In this document: one piece after another, positions 50,125 through 63,328 of the stretch
How positions within the stretch are numbered: the stretch's first letter is position 1
Layout of the letters: each line of letters begins with the position of its first letter
NCBI RefSeq assembly: GCF_004010195.1
Contig: NC_057720.1
Span: 30,644,815 to 30,708,814, forward strand
Source: Chiloscyllium plagiosum
Taxonomy: Eukaryota
Reading direction: 5' to 3'
DNA length: 64,000 nucleotides
The notes under the pieces: generated by a model
Databases searched by the model: none
What the model saw: only the letters and a program-made list of their open reading frames with translations
Told to the model about the DNA's origin: nothing
Position numbers and translations under genes: made by a program

Positions 50125-50873
50125 AAAATTCATCTTCTTTGAGAAACATAGGATTATCTGAATAACTGGAAGATACAGAGCTATACAGACAGTACAGTGT
50201 AGTGCAAGTTAATTGTGGATTGATTCAGAGAAGTACCGGCATGGCCTGAATGTAGCAAATGATTAAATGTTTGTATTAAAAATTCTGAAATTAAATTTCA
50301 ATGATACATTTAATATTGGCTTAAAATTGATAGGTTAAATGCCACCAAAATAAAACAAATAAAAACAGAAAACTGAGAAACTCAGCAGTCCAGCAGCATC
50401 TGTGGGGATTGGATCTGAGTTAACATTGGGTCTGATGAACAAGCGCCATTTCAGACTCAAAACCTTAACTCTCTCTACAATCATGCTGCTCGACCCTCAG
50501 AGATTCTCTAACATTTTCTGTTTTATCTCAGCTTTCCAACATCTGTTTTTATTATAGTTATGATCTTGCACTACAGCATAGAATGTAATATTCCTGTCAC
50601 ATCTTATCTCTGGATTAGGTAATTGCCTTGTAATTACATTGCTAGTTTTGATTGTGCAGTGACCCTCAATGTACCTTCCAAGCTCTCAATGAGTAAAAGC
50701 AGTTATATAGTGTAACATTTCCTTGAACTGAATTTAACATGCAATTCAGTTCTTTAAAACTACCAAAAATTTGGGTTATGTTGGGAATTTACCAAATGCA
50801 CAGTACAGGTAAACTGAAGAAAGAATGCATTGATTATTTACATTCAACCTATAAATCTATCCGTCATACTCAC

Positions 50874-50935
50874 ATGTTAAGTCATCCAACAGTTGGCACC
50901 TCAAGCCAAAATATTCAGTACACTGGGACAAAAGC
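50874..50935 (-). CDS. USP24: USP24 exon: LLSQCTEYFGLRCQLLDDLT
   Basis: Hand translation; aag acceptor, gtgagt donor; 62 nt; phase fits. Confidence 0.91.
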
Positions 50936-51306
50936 CTTCAAAAACAAACAAGGATAATGATTTTCAAATGAAACACAGTTATTTTGAACAGAAATGTAAG
51001 TCTTATTTACGCTTCATTCCAAGCATTTTGTAGGTGGGGATTAATCATTTAACAGGAGTTCGTATCTCAGTGACTTTGTCATCTATTTAGATAGTTTCTC
51101 CATGAGGAATATCTGAGCAGCAGAGTTCAAGGAACTGACCAGGTTTGCATCTAATCATAATTCAACTGCAAACCCCAGATTATATTTACCCGAATGCCAC
51201 AGGAGATCTTGAACAAGAAAAAGATACAAGCCTTCAGAAAGTTTATGGTCAGATGACACCTTTGTTTTGAAACTTTTAGTTTTGTTTTTACCTACTGAAA
51301 ACCTAC

Positions 51307-51467
51307 CTTTGGTTGACTCCACGCATGATACTGGTCGGGGACCACAATGGCAGTTGTGTTGTCAATATGACATGCAGAAGGAACTGATTAGGTTTCTGTA
51401 TTTCTGGGTTTGTTGAGGTATCTGTTTGGCTCAGTGTGTATAACTGATCCCAGGCAACCCTTCTTAT
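51307..51467 (-). CDS. USP24: USP24 exon: IRRVAWDQLYTLSQ...SIMRGVNQ
   Basis: Within ORF 51303..51581; acag acceptor, gtaggt donor; 161 nt. Confidence 0.94.
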
Positions 51468-51499
51468 CTGTGAAGGTATGAAATAACAAACACCTTCAA

Positions 51500-53290
51500 G
51501 AAAACAAACAAGTACACAGAAGCAGGAGCCACAGCAGGTCATACAGCCTATCAAGCCAGTCCTGCTATTCAATAATATCACAGCTCAATTTCCACATTAA
51601 CTCAGCTTTCCCACCCTATCCTCATACCTTGTTTCCCGAGTGACCAAAATCTATCAATCCAAGTCTCGAATGTATTAACTGAACCTCCCCAGCCTAGGAG
51701 CAGAAAATTTCCAACATTCACAATGCACAAATGAAGGAACCTCTGAACTTGGCTCTAAATGGCTGACCCCTTATTCTGAAGCAATGACCTCTTGTCATTG
51801 AATCGCCAACCACTTTCTCACTACCTTTCAGTATTAAATCTGTAAAGCCATCTAAGAATTGAATACCTTTCAATGACAGTATTTCTCATTCTTCTAAATT
51901 CTATAAAATATTGGTTTGTTTTACTCAATTTCACTTCATAGTGTTGTGGACTAGGCCAGACCACTCAAAATATTCTTAAGCAGGCAATTTAGACCTAACT
52001 TTGCACTTTGTTTCGGTAAGTGCACAGTGAAAATTACCTGGAGTAAGATAGTTAGATTGGCTACAGTATTTTAAAACAGACAAAAAAGGTATTCAAAACT
52101 ACAAACGTAACACAAAGAACAGAATAACCCCTACAGAACTCAACCTATCCAGCTAGACTTAATTATGCTGTACCGAATACACAAAACAGTCCCAATAAGC
52201 AAACTCCCTTTAAAAAACAGAATAAATGGAACACATGCTTACAGGTTGAAGTTGAAGGTCAGAAAAGAGAGAGCTTCCACACAACTCCCTGTTGAACTTC
52301 CTAGCTCAGACTAAACTAAAAACAGCTCAGCTCAGCTAGCTAAAGAGCTGACCACTCCCTTCTCGTTATACAGGTCACTTCTAAAGCATGACCGTTTTGG
52401 CCTGAAGTCTCATCTGCTTACATATAAACAAAAGGCCTCTCAAATTCCTTTTCATCTCTGTACTAAACCAAACTGATTAGAGTCTGGCCCAGTTTATTGC
52501 CCCTCTGAAAAAGAGTCAAGGACAGAGTCTCCTTGAGCTAAGCAACAGCGTTTAGAAAAAAAAGGGACTAGCTTTGTGACAATAGGACAGCACTTTTGGC
52601 TCTAAAATTGTTCTAATGAATCCTCATTGCAACGCCACAAATGCAGTTTTATCCTTTCTTCATTAAGGAAACCAAAACCATACAATGTTCCAGATATGGT
52701 TTCACCAAAACACTATCTAATTTTAGTAAAACATCCTTACGCTTAAATTGTAAGCTGGCTCCTATAAAGGCTAACATTGACCTTCTTAATGCATTTGCTC
52801 AACCAGCATGTTAACATTCTAATTTAACTACAGGTCACCAAGTTTATTGAATCACATCATTTACTAGTTTCTTGATTTGTGAATAATACTGATTTTCAAT
52901 TATTCCTACTGACAACTTTACGTATGTCATTGGTCAAATTGGGCCACGGTCTCCAGTTTACATACTCAGTGATACTACTACCACACTAACATTGCTTCCT
53001 GAATCTTGGATGACAACATTCTGTGTAGTATCTTTCCCTATCACTCAAATGTCCTATACCTCTTCAAAATCTGTGTTCTCTTCACATCTGCTTTTCCACC
53101 TATCATTGTATCATCAGCAAAACATATCGTAGTAAAGTATTGAAACCACTGGCACAAAATGTAAAATAGCTGAGGCCCCAGCACAGATTCTTGTTGCATC
53201 CTGTAAATGCCCCATTTATTTCTATAGGTTTCTGTTGACTAATCCATACTAGTAATACTCCAAACCCCATAAGCTATCATCTTTCTTATA
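51500..53290 (-). mobile_element. Old CR1 3' fragment split by a solo LTR
   Basis: CR1 3' terminus at ~51510-51600; gtatcatcagcaaa (FADDT) near 53110; continues on both sides of the LTR. Confidence 0.65.
51942..52581. mobile_element. Solo LTR (Gypsy-like or retroviral), 640 bp
   Basis: TGT...ACA termini; exact 4-bp direct repeat atag at 51938-51941 and 52582-52585; no coding capacity. Confidence 0.8.
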
Positions 53291-53297
53291 TCTTCTG

Positions 53298-53582
53298 TTA
53301 TGGGATCTGGGCATTACAGGCAAGCATTTGTTGCATATTCCTAACTTTCTTTGAATTGTGTGGCTTACTAAGATATCATAGACGGCAGTCAAGAGTCACG
53401 TGCTGAGATTTCCTTCTCTACAAGGCACGAGTGATATTATTTTTAAATGAAAATTGATGATAGCTTCACAGTCATTATTACTGAGACCACCTTTCACTTC
53501 AGATTTTATAAACTGAATTTAAATTTCACCAGCTGATGTGGGTGAGATTTGAACCTACATCCTCTGAGAATTAGCCTTGGCT
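53298..53582 (-). mobile_element. Deu-domain SINE, degenerate
   Basis: Resembles the copy at 1981-2390; B-box-like gagatttgaacc. Confidence 0.6.
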
Positions 53583-54078
53583 GTGCAGCATTTCTTTACT
53601 TTGGATATCAGTTTAATTGCCTACTTCCGATGTGTTAGACAGATGTAAAACATTTGTTAAACATCTCTGCCATTTCCTTATTTCCCTTGATAATTTTAAT
53701 ACTTTAATTCGAAAAGATCCATGTTTACTTTCAATATTTACAAACTGCATACAAAAAGGTAAAACACAATTTTCAAGAGGATCTATTCAAAATATTTGTT
53801 TCAAAATTGTTGGATTCTTTACATTTATACTGCAGGAAACCACATACAGCTGAGTTTGTGAAGACAAGTGGGCACGTTTTCGTATTTGCTTGACTCCAGT
53901 GTCGTTATTGCTAAACATTCAAATTCACAATGGCAATCACTCACTCAACAGCACTCACAGAAAAGAAACCTTTAATTCCAGATAAAATTTTTGTATCTTA
54001 ATTGCTCCAAATTAGCCCAATAATGTAGAAACCCATGATGCAAATTAGATTTTTGTAGGTATTTTCTATTTTCCTTAC

Positions 54079-54149
54079 CTCAGCACTGGGGGATCCAAGT
54101 AGTATGTCAATGATAAAATCACTCACACAAGGAAGAATATAAAAAGAAC
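54079..54149 (-). CDS. USP24: USP24 exon: SFYILPCVSDFIIDILLGSPSAE
   Basis: Hand translation; ttag acceptor, gtaagg donor; 71 nt; phase fits both neighbours. Confidence 0.92.
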
Positions 54150-55514
54150 CTAAGACAAAACAGCAAACCATGGTTTAAATGATCTTCTAGTCTATTGTTA
54201 TCATTGAAAGCTATAAAGTATGAATCTGTTTTAACACAGATATTTCTCGGTTCAGGTTTTTAACATATTTTGGTTTCTTCAAGTCTCTACTCTCTAAGTT
54301 TTAAACTACTCTCAAGTTCTGAAAAAGGCTCACTGGATCCAGAACATTGACTCTGCTTTCTCTCCACAGATGCTGCCAGATCTGTTGAGTTTTTCCAGCA
54401 CTTTCTGATTTTTGTTTCAGAATTCCAGCATCTGCAATTCTTTGGGATTTTTTTTTCCCCCTCATGTTTCTAGCCTTGTTTTACACTTCAACTACAGCTT
54501 AGGTCATGCAACTTCATTAACCTGTCCTCTATATTTCAATAAGTAGAGAAGATACTGAAATGATAGCTACTTTAAAATTGAATTTCCTTACTCTATGCGC
54601 AATTCATTTTTCCAAAAGCCATTTGATATCAAAATACATTGTACTTATTCTGCATCTCTTTTCCTGTGGCGTTGCCCACCAGTAGTTATTTCTCCTCTAT
54701 CTCAGCTGCTTCATTTAACAGGACTCAAGTGTTTCTTATAACAAGACCTCACCATTTACATATAAGCTGTATTTATTAAGAGGAGTTTGGTGACATCATT
54801 TCTCAAGCAAAGTGTGCAGTTGAAATGGTGATTTAACAAAAGAATTTTTCTACTCTATTAGTAAATTTTAAAATAGAGCAAATGTAAAAATTAACACGAA
54901 GCAGAAATGCATCACCAAAGGATATCTTCCTGAACCATCCTGCAAAAGTAAATCTATAAGTAGCCCTCTGCATACTTTTTTTAAAAACATGGTGATACAC
55001 TTTCACAGAGAAAGTATTTTTATAGATACATTCGATCCTTTGCATTGTATGTGATTTACTTATAAAATAATTCAAACTGATATTATGAAAAATAAACTTC
55101 ACTTTAAATTAGATCTATCTTTCAAATATAACAGAAAAGTAGGGAACAGGAGCAGGAATAGGTCAGCCAGCTCAGTGAGTCTACTATGATCATGGCAGAT
55201 CTTCTCTCCTAATGGCATTTTCCCATAATATCTTTAAAGTGTAGAAATCTATTGATTGTTCTCTTGAATGCACTCAATGACCGAGCTGCCCAATTCCTCT
55301 GAGATAGAGAAGTCCAGAGATTCACCATACTCTGCAACAAGAAATTCCTCCTCATCTCAGTCCTTAACATCTACCTCATTATCTGAGACTGTGTCCCTTG
55401 GGTTCTAGACACCTATGCCATCCCTACCAGGCATATACCCTTTCTACATCTACCCTGCAAGAGTTTAGTGTTAGGGTACTTCAAATAGATAATCCGTTCC
55501 GTGAAAGACATTAC

Positions 55515-55670
55515 CTAGTTGCTGGCACCGGAGCTGTAAACATGTCACTAGGAGTGATAAGGCCTCTCGAGCAATGAGCGTATCTTTGGTGGAGACTGAG
55601 TGTTGCTTCACACATATGCCTGCATGCAGTGTGGTTGATTCACCTTCACTTCCTGAACTGCAAGTGCTGC
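55515..55670 (-). CDS. USP24: USP24 exon: STCSSGSEGE...TCLQLRCQQL
   Basis: Within ORF 55471..55767; acag acceptor, gtaatg donor; 156 nt. Confidence 0.94.
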
Positions 55671-56409
55671 CTGTACAAGTTAAAACAATTTGTGTCATCC
55701 GGCTTGAATGAGTTTTCTCCTGATCTTGCATTAGAAAAATTTGACAGTATATTTGATACTGCGCCAAAAAAGATTACTTCACTTATCCATCGTGCTATGA
55801 AACAATTTCTATGAAATTTATCAGATTACCATAGAAGCATTCTATGAAAATTCATGAAAACAATTAAATGTTAAATGTCAGTAACGTGAAATATTAGATT
55901 TGCTGTCTCACACCGATTGTTTCAAAAGCACAATTATAGAGCTGAGTTTCATCACAAGAGGCCACAGAATTAGAGAGAATGCATTCAAAAGCTGTAATTC
56001 AACAAAAAAATTTCTATGTTGTCAGAAAAAATGGCAAGTAGTGTGAGCACAGGTCCAAGAGTGAAAAGAAACAAATTTGGTAGATAACCCCAGATGACCA
56101 GAACAACATTAGCGGACAGCAAATTATGTTAATTCCTGACCTGCATGACCAATGATATTTTACAAGAAGACCACGGAAGAATATGACAATTGCTGAAAGA
56201 GATTCTGTAAACTGTGAAACATCATCCATTTGTTGTTTATGGCAAAGGTTCGGAGGCTTATATTAAGGTAAATAGCCAATTTATGCTACTTGTTCTGGTA
56301 AACATTTGAAAAAAGCTTTTTAAAGTTGGACTCCAATGTCCAAACCAAAGCAGACAAATAAAGATTACTTATGCAAGGAAACGTTTTGTAGGCACAAGGA
56401 ATTCCTTAC

Positions 56410-56572
56410 CTGAACTGCTGAGCCTATTTCGGATACCAACAGAAAACAGAGAATTGGTACTCTCTCTAATTGGCTGACAGCTCCCCACCAGGTCAAGACG
56501 TCCAGCAGCTGCGGCCCATGTCAGCCTCATGAAGCAGGCCACTGTTGAGGTGAAATCATTCACATCCATTGT
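56410..56572 (-). CDS. USP24: USP24 exon: TMDVNDFTSTVACFMRL...RNRLSSS
   Basis: Within ORF 56369..56689; gcag acceptor, gtaagg donor; 163 nt. Confidence 0.94.
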
Positions 56573-56715
56573 CTGCAACATAAAGTTACACATGCTCACA
56601 TTAAAATACAAAACTCTGGCACCTGATGCACAAATAGCTGGCACACTACACCTCAGAAGGTGAAAGACTGAGCTCAGGTTGAAACACAAGTGTAGCTACT
56701 ACCCAATGATTACAG

Positions 56716-56963
56716 TTATGTGGAGATGCTGGTGTTGGACTGGGAGGGCAAAGTCATAAGTCACACAAAACCAGTTTATAGCCCAACAGTTTATCTAAAA
56801 CCACAAGCTTTTGGAGTGCTGCTCTTTCATCAGGTGAAATGGGAGGTGATGCACAGATCTGTGTGCCTCCCACCACTTCACCTGACGAAGGAGCAGCACT
56901 CCAAGAATTTATGATTTTAATAAAGCCTATGAACTGTAACCTGGTGTTTTGTGACTTCTGACA
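56716..56963. mobile_element. Palindromic PLE derivative with two opposed decayed hammerhead motifs
   Basis: Starts with the PLE terminus tggagatgctggtgttggactggg; inverted arms around gcacagatctgtgtgc. Confidence 0.8.
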
Positions 56964-57957
56964 AATGGTCCCAGTAATAACTTACTTAAACAACTAACAT
57001 TAGATTCTTCAAATGAAGCTGATAAATCTCAAAATAAATTAGTCCCTTTTCTTCTGACGTGATAGGGTTCCCATAATCATTACCATCTCTTTCCTTATAT
57101 CACATACAGGCATCTGTTTATTAACATACAGGGATATTTGAAGAAAGCTGAATGCCTAAACCCAACTTTATAACTGAGGTGCTTTGGAAGGCAAGTATAA
57201 TCTCATGTTCATATGTGTCAAATGCCAAGGGAAAACCTGTAAAGTTTCAGTCCCAAATTTTCTCACTATAATAAAACACTGAACCCTTGTTGTAGATTAG
57301 ATAAGGGTAGTTTGTGTTTTTATTTAGCTGTTCTAGTGAGGAGGAAGTGAGGCAAATATACATTTCTGCTTAATCCGTCCAAGTCCAGTTTTACATTTTT
57401 AATTCACACACTCTAAAATTCCATAAAATGGGTCAAAATGTACTGAAAAGATGTAGGAGTCTAGAAATACAAATGTGCTACTTCAGGTCTCTTCAATAAG
57501 AGGTGGCTAGTGCACGGTCTTTCAATAATATTTTTACATTGAAAATTTCCATCTTTCCTTTTTATGGCCTCACCATTAGGAATATTTGTACAAATTGTCC
57601 CCACCATCACAAAATTCTAGATCTTGCCTTGGTGGTGTTGCACTCAATATCCTTGCAAAATGAATTGTGGCAACTCAATGACCTTATTTGAATATTGATG
57701 TCTGTAAATGGCAGTTTCACGGACTGCAACTGGATAACAGACAGTAAACGAACTTTTACAAAAAGGGGTATCATGCGACAAGACTTGCCACCTTACCATT
57801 AAAACAAACTGTGCTTGCAAAATACCCGAACGTTAATGCACAAATACCTATGTTACACAGGTTGCATAAAGCATGAGAACAAAATGATACAGAAGCTCAC
57901 AGAAATACTCAGCAGATCTGAATCGTAAACTCTTAATCTGAAGCAATCTTAAATTCG

Positions 57958-59250
57958 GAACAGTGTGCAACATTAGACGAGATTCAAAGAGATCTTCATC
58001 AACTGGATCAATGGGTTGAGTGGCGGCAGATGTAGTTTAGATTAGATTAGATGCCCCAGTGTGGAAACAGGTCCTTTGGCCCAACAAGACCCTCTGAAGA
58101 ATAACCCACCCACCTCTGAGTAATGCACCTAACACTACGGACAATTTAGCATGGCCAATTCACCTAACCTGCACATCTTTGGAATGTGGGAGGAAATCTT
58201 TGGAATGTGGTGCACCCGGAGGAAACCCAAACAGACATGGGGAGAATGTGCAAACTCCACACAGACAGTTGCCCAAGGCTGGAATCAAACCTGGGACCCT
58301 GGCACTGTGAGGCAGCAGTGCTAACCATTGAGCCACTGTGCTGCCATGGATAAATGTGAGGTTTTGCATTTTGGTAAAATAAGCAAGGACAGGACTTCTA
58401 CAATTAATGGTAGGTCCCCGAGTTGGAGACTCAGGGGTTTAGGTACATAATTCTTGCCTTCATTGTTCAGACCATTGATTATTGGAGTTGGGATGTCATG
58501 TGGAGTTTGTACAGAGGTCTCTTTCGGAGTAGAGTCATAGAGATGTACTGCATGGAAACAGACCCTTCGTTCCAACCCGTCCATGCCGACTAGATATCCC
58601 AACCCAATGTAGTCCCACCTGCCAGAACCTGGCCCATATCCCTCCAAACATCTTCCTATTCATATACCCATCCAAATGCCTCTTAAAATGTTGCAATTGT
58701 ACCAGCCTCCACCACATCCTCTGGCAGCTCATTCCATACACTGGCAGCTCAAGAGTAGTGTGTCCACTTTTGGTTGCCCCTGTTATAGGAAGGATATTAC
58801 TAAACTGAAGAGAGTTCAGAAAAGATTTATCAAGATGTTGCTGGAAATAGAGGGTTTGACTTAAAAATTAGCTGGATAGGCTGGGACTTCTTTCACTGGA
58901 GTGTAGGAGGTTGAAAATCAACCTTATACAAGTTTATAAAATCATGAGGAGCATAGATTACGTGAATAGCAAGGGTCTTTTCCCTAGGGTGGGGGAATTC
59001 AAAACTAGGGGATATATTTTTAAGGTGAGAGGAGAAAGATTTAAAAGGACATGAGGGGTAACATTTTTTTATAGTGGTGAATCCAGGTACAGTTACAATG
59101 TTTAAAAGACATTTGGGTAAGTAAATGGATAGAAAAAGTTTGGAGGGATATGGGCCAAGCACAGGCAGGTGGGACTAATTTAGTTTGGGAACATGATCGG
59201 CGTGGACTAGTTGGACTGAAAGGTCTATTCCGATGGTATATGACGCGAGA
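57958..59250 (+). mobile_element. CR1 3' fragment with a nested V-SINE (58037-58345, minus) and a nested CR1 3' end (58530-58742, minus)
   Basis: CR1 peptide remnants resume after each insert. Confidence 0.82.
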
Positions 59251-59538
59251 ATCAAAGGTGAAAGGAATGGAAATCACTGCTGCAAAGAAAGAATTATTTG
59301 CATGGAACATAAATGAAAAAATAATTAGCTAAGTCAGCAAGTAAAAAACAAAAACTAGATTAACCAAGCACATGGCAATAAAGAAGAACCGGAATTCTGA
59401 AAATGTTATTGCTCATTGATGGCGGCATCATCCACAGGGACATAGGAAGAAACTTCAGAGTTGGCATTTTTCTGTGAAGTAGAAAATGGTATGCTAAACA
59501 ATAACAGCATCATCCTTGTCCGTGATAGTTTTACTCAC

Positions 59539-59770
59539 TTGTATTGCCACTCTGGCAGCAGGTATTATCTCCTCAATTCTGATAGATGACCGATCTGATG
59601 TCACACTCATCTGCCGCATTGTGGACTTTTCTTGACTACCACACATCGATAATTGTCTACTACTCTGTCGACTAACATTGCGAAACGGGCGAGAAGACAA
59701 TGCTTCCATTCCATCCTTCAGGAAATCATCATCTAAAGTAGAAGGCATCATTTGGCCTACCAACAGAAAC
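59539..59770 (-). CDS. USP24: USP24 exon: FLLVGQMMPS...IIPAARVAIQ
   Basis: Within ORF 59494..59886; ctag acceptor, gtgagt donor; 232 nt. Confidence 0.94.
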
Positions 59771-60827
59771 CTAGGGCAGAAAACACATGGCATTACAATA
59801 GGCAAACAGTGTTTCAAGATTTTAATAAACTTAAAATGTTTCTTTTCATTAGTTCCACTAAAATGGCAAGAAATCAAGTTTAACAAATTATTTTGGCAAG
59901 AGAAGTATTTAACAACTTGACGAGACTTTGAGAATGAATATGTCTAAACCTGCCCTTTGTTTCTTTTTAAAGTTTCATTATTGTAGTAAATGTAGTCCTT
60001 TTTTTGTCATTTTCCTACTCAAAATTTTAAATTGAAGTCTCCCAATATCTCTTTTCTCATGCTTGCATTTGAATGGCTGCTACTTCCTGAACTTGTAAAA
60101 CATTTATGCTTTTGTACCATCTGAATTTCACCCCTCATTTTTGGAGACCAAATCACCCCAACCCAGCAATTTTTATCTTGATAAGGTTATTGAAATGTTA
60201 AACCTTGTAATGTCGAATCAGAAGCAACCCATTTAATCCCTTGATCTATTCTGGTATTCCATTACTTCACAGCTGATCTATGCCATTTATCTATCTTTTC
60301 TCCGGGCCTTTAATATTCCAAAACCATCTATTACAATCTTAATGTTTCAGTTGAACCGGCATCCAAGCTGTTTTGAGGGACATGAGTTCCAGATTCCAAC
60401 TACCCAATTAGGAAACTGCAGCTGATAATCCACAACTCTGCTGCAGTAAACTGGGTCATTAAATTCATAGACCAGCAGACTGCACGATTATAAATCTTGA
60501 ACTATTTATATTTATATGACAAACTGCTGAACAGGGTAACAGCAATCTTCAGTAACAAAGAAAGCAGGAATCTACTCACACTGCTGGTCTCCGAAAATGT
60601 GGAGAATTAATTGGGGAAATCAGTTTACAAAATCACTTAAACAACTGCATAAATAAATATCAGCATTAATACAAACGCCAAGCTATACAGTACAACGCTC
60701 TTTGGAGAGGTAAAATCAATTACTTCCAGAGTAACTTCAAACATTTCAAAAGCTGAGTTGTACTCTTACTTCATTATACAGTTGCCAGATCCCGAGTCAA
60801 ATTAAAATAAATTCCACTGACAGAACG

Positions 60828-61120
60828 TGAGCATCTCTGCAAAACAGAGCTATTATTGCCCATTCGTAGCTACCCAGCAAAGGTGACTGTCTTGATACAA
60901 ACAGGTAATTTACTTGGATATATCAGTGAACAATTAGGAGTCAACTATTTTCAAATAGGAGAATGGAAAGTTTTGTTCCTTAAAGAACCTTACTAAACAA
61001 ACTTCATAATAGTTTCATGGTCACTCTTACTGGCACTGACTTTTATCAAGATTCAAATGACCAAACTCCGCACAATTTAACCTTACTTTCTCTGGATTAG
61101 CTGAGTAATAAGGATCACTA
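60828..61120 (-). mobile_element. Deu-domain SINE, degenerate
   Basis: tattgcccat...gagtcaac...tttcatggtcact blocks as in the other copies. Confidence 0.55.
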
Positions 61121-61229
61121 TGCTTGTCAAATTGCCTGACAATAAAAAATGTTTGACTCATGATCAAGTCAATGGTTTTGATCACATGTGCAACACTTCA
61201 AAGTATATATTTTCTGGCGCTTAATTAAA

Positions 61230-62097
61230 TAGAGTCATAGAGATGTACAGCATGGAAACAGACCCTTCGGTACAACCCGTCCATGCCGACCAGGCATCTC
61301 AACCCAATCTAGTCCCAACTGCCAGCACCCAGCCCATATCCCTCCAAACTCTTCCTATTCATATACTCATCCAAATGCCTCTTAAATGTTGCAATTGTAC
61401 CAGCCTCTACCACATCGTCTGGCAGCTCATTCCATACATGTACCACCCTCTGTGTGAAAAAGTTGCACCTTAGGTCTCTTTTATATCTTTCCCCTCTCAC
61501 CCTAAATCTATGCCCTCTAGTTCTGGACTCCCCCACCCCAGGGAAAAGACTTTGTCTATTTATCCTATCCATGCCCCTCATGATTTTGCAAACCTCTATA
61601 AGTTCACCCCTCAACCTCCGACGCTCCAGAGAAAACAGCCCCCAGCCTGTTCAGCCTCTCCCTATAGCTCAAATCCTCCATCCCTGGCAACATCCATGTA
61701 AATCTTTTCTGAACCCTTTCAAGCTTCAAAACATCTTTCCAATAGGAAGGAGACCAGAATTGCACACAATATTCCAATAGTGGCCTAACCAATGTCCTGT
61801 ATAGCCGCAACATGACCTCCCAACCCCTGTACTGAATACTCTGACCAATAAAAGAAAGCATACTAAACGCCTTCTCCACTATCCTATCTACCTGCGACTC
61901 CACTTTCAAGGAGCTATGAACTTGCACTCCAAGGTCTCTTTATTCAGCAACACTCCCTAGGACCTTACCATTAAGTGTATAAGTCCTGCTAAGATTTGCT
62001 TTCCCAAAATGCAGCACCTCTTATTTATGTGAATTAAATTCCATCTGCCACTTCTCAGCCCATTGGCCCATCTGGTCACAATCCTGTTCTAATCTGA
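61230..62097 (-). mobile_element. CR1 3' fragment (young subfamily)
   Basis: ORFs 61604..61927 and 61309..61614 nearly identical to those at 21657-22327. Confidence 0.93.
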
Positions 62098-62242
62098 ATG
62101 TTACAATAAAATTAATTAAAGGCAATGAATTGTGAAAATATTGGAATTTAGGGATAATTCCTCAACTGTACTTTAAGCATTGGTGTCAAAACATTGCTGA
62201 TTTAAATGACCAGAACACCTTTATCTCCAATACAGCAACTAA

Positions 62243-62812
62243 ATAGTCATACAGCACAGAAACCGACCCTTCGATCCAACTCATTTGCACTGACCAGACA
62301 TCCCAATCTGACCTCGTCCCATTTGCCAGCATTTGGCCAATGTTCCTCTAAACCCTTCCTATTCATATACCTCGCCAAATGCCTTTTAAATGTTGTAATT
62401 GTGTCCACCTTCAACACTTCCTCGGACAGCTCATTCCATACATGCACCACCTCAGGTCCTTTTAAAGTCTTCGCCCTCCCACCTTAAACATGTGCCCTGT
62501 AATTTTGGACTTCCACAAATTTCTCTCAATGCCCGCCGCCATGGAACACACCCTTGGCTATTCACCCTATCCATGCCTATCACAACTTTACAAACCTTTA
62601 TAGGGTCATCCCTTAGTCTCCGATGTTCCAGGGAAAAACCCTCAGCCTATTCAGCCACTCCCTATCGCTCAAATCCTTCAATCATCCTTGTAAATCTTTT
62701 CTGCACTCTCTCAAGTTTAACAACAACCTTCCCACAGAAGGGTGACCAGAATTGTGTGTACTGTTCTAAAAGTGACCTCTCCAATGTACTGCACAAATGC
62801 AGCATGACATCT
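62243..62812 (-). mobile_element. CR1 3' fragment
   Basis: ORF 62247..62450 with VHVWNELSEEV. Confidence 0.85.
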
Positions 62813-63067
62813 AAATAATTAAACAATTTCCTGCTTTTCCCCTTTCAAAGGTTTTGACTCTTCACTGGACTATGCTTCGGGCTCCACTCTGTGGCATGTC
62901 ATTCAAGTGGCTGAGTAGTGAATGCAGTGATCTTATTAGTCTGTGCTAAGTTTCACATCTTATTCTTTGTTAATGTTGCTACTCACCACCTCAAAAATCA
63001 TTAGGCAAGTATACCTGACTATGGAAATGGTGCATTGTTGAATGATACAACATATGTGGGCTCTCAC

Positions 63068-63163
63068 CTTGCAAGCTGCAGGCAGATTGAATAAACTCCT
63101 TGCCTTGTCTCATAGTCCACCTCAGATGGAATGGAATCTCTCTGCATAACGTTCACCACCAAA
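63068..63163 (-). CDS. USP24: USP24 internal coding exon (first in window): LVVNVMQRDSIPSEVDYETRQGVYSICLQLA
   Basis: Hand translation resembles vertebrate USP24; ttccag acceptor, gtgaga donor; 96 nt, phase 2-2, joins the next exon in frame. Confidence 0.93.
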
Positions 63164-63328
63164 CTGGAATACAAAAAGCGCAAAGTTGCATAGCTTTCTT
63201 TGGCTAATACTTACCAAGATATGCAGCAAGGATTGGACAACCATATTTAGCAGCAGTATTTTGATGGTGCTTTCCATTATGGAGTGATTGTCACCTACAT
63301 GGGTTTCTTAAATTAAAATTACAGTAAT

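Noticed and set aside
956..63163. Assignment to USP9X/USP9Y or USP34
   Set aside because: Peptides such as [30 protein letters not shown] and RRWSSAQAREF fit USP24 as I recall it, rather than the paralogues
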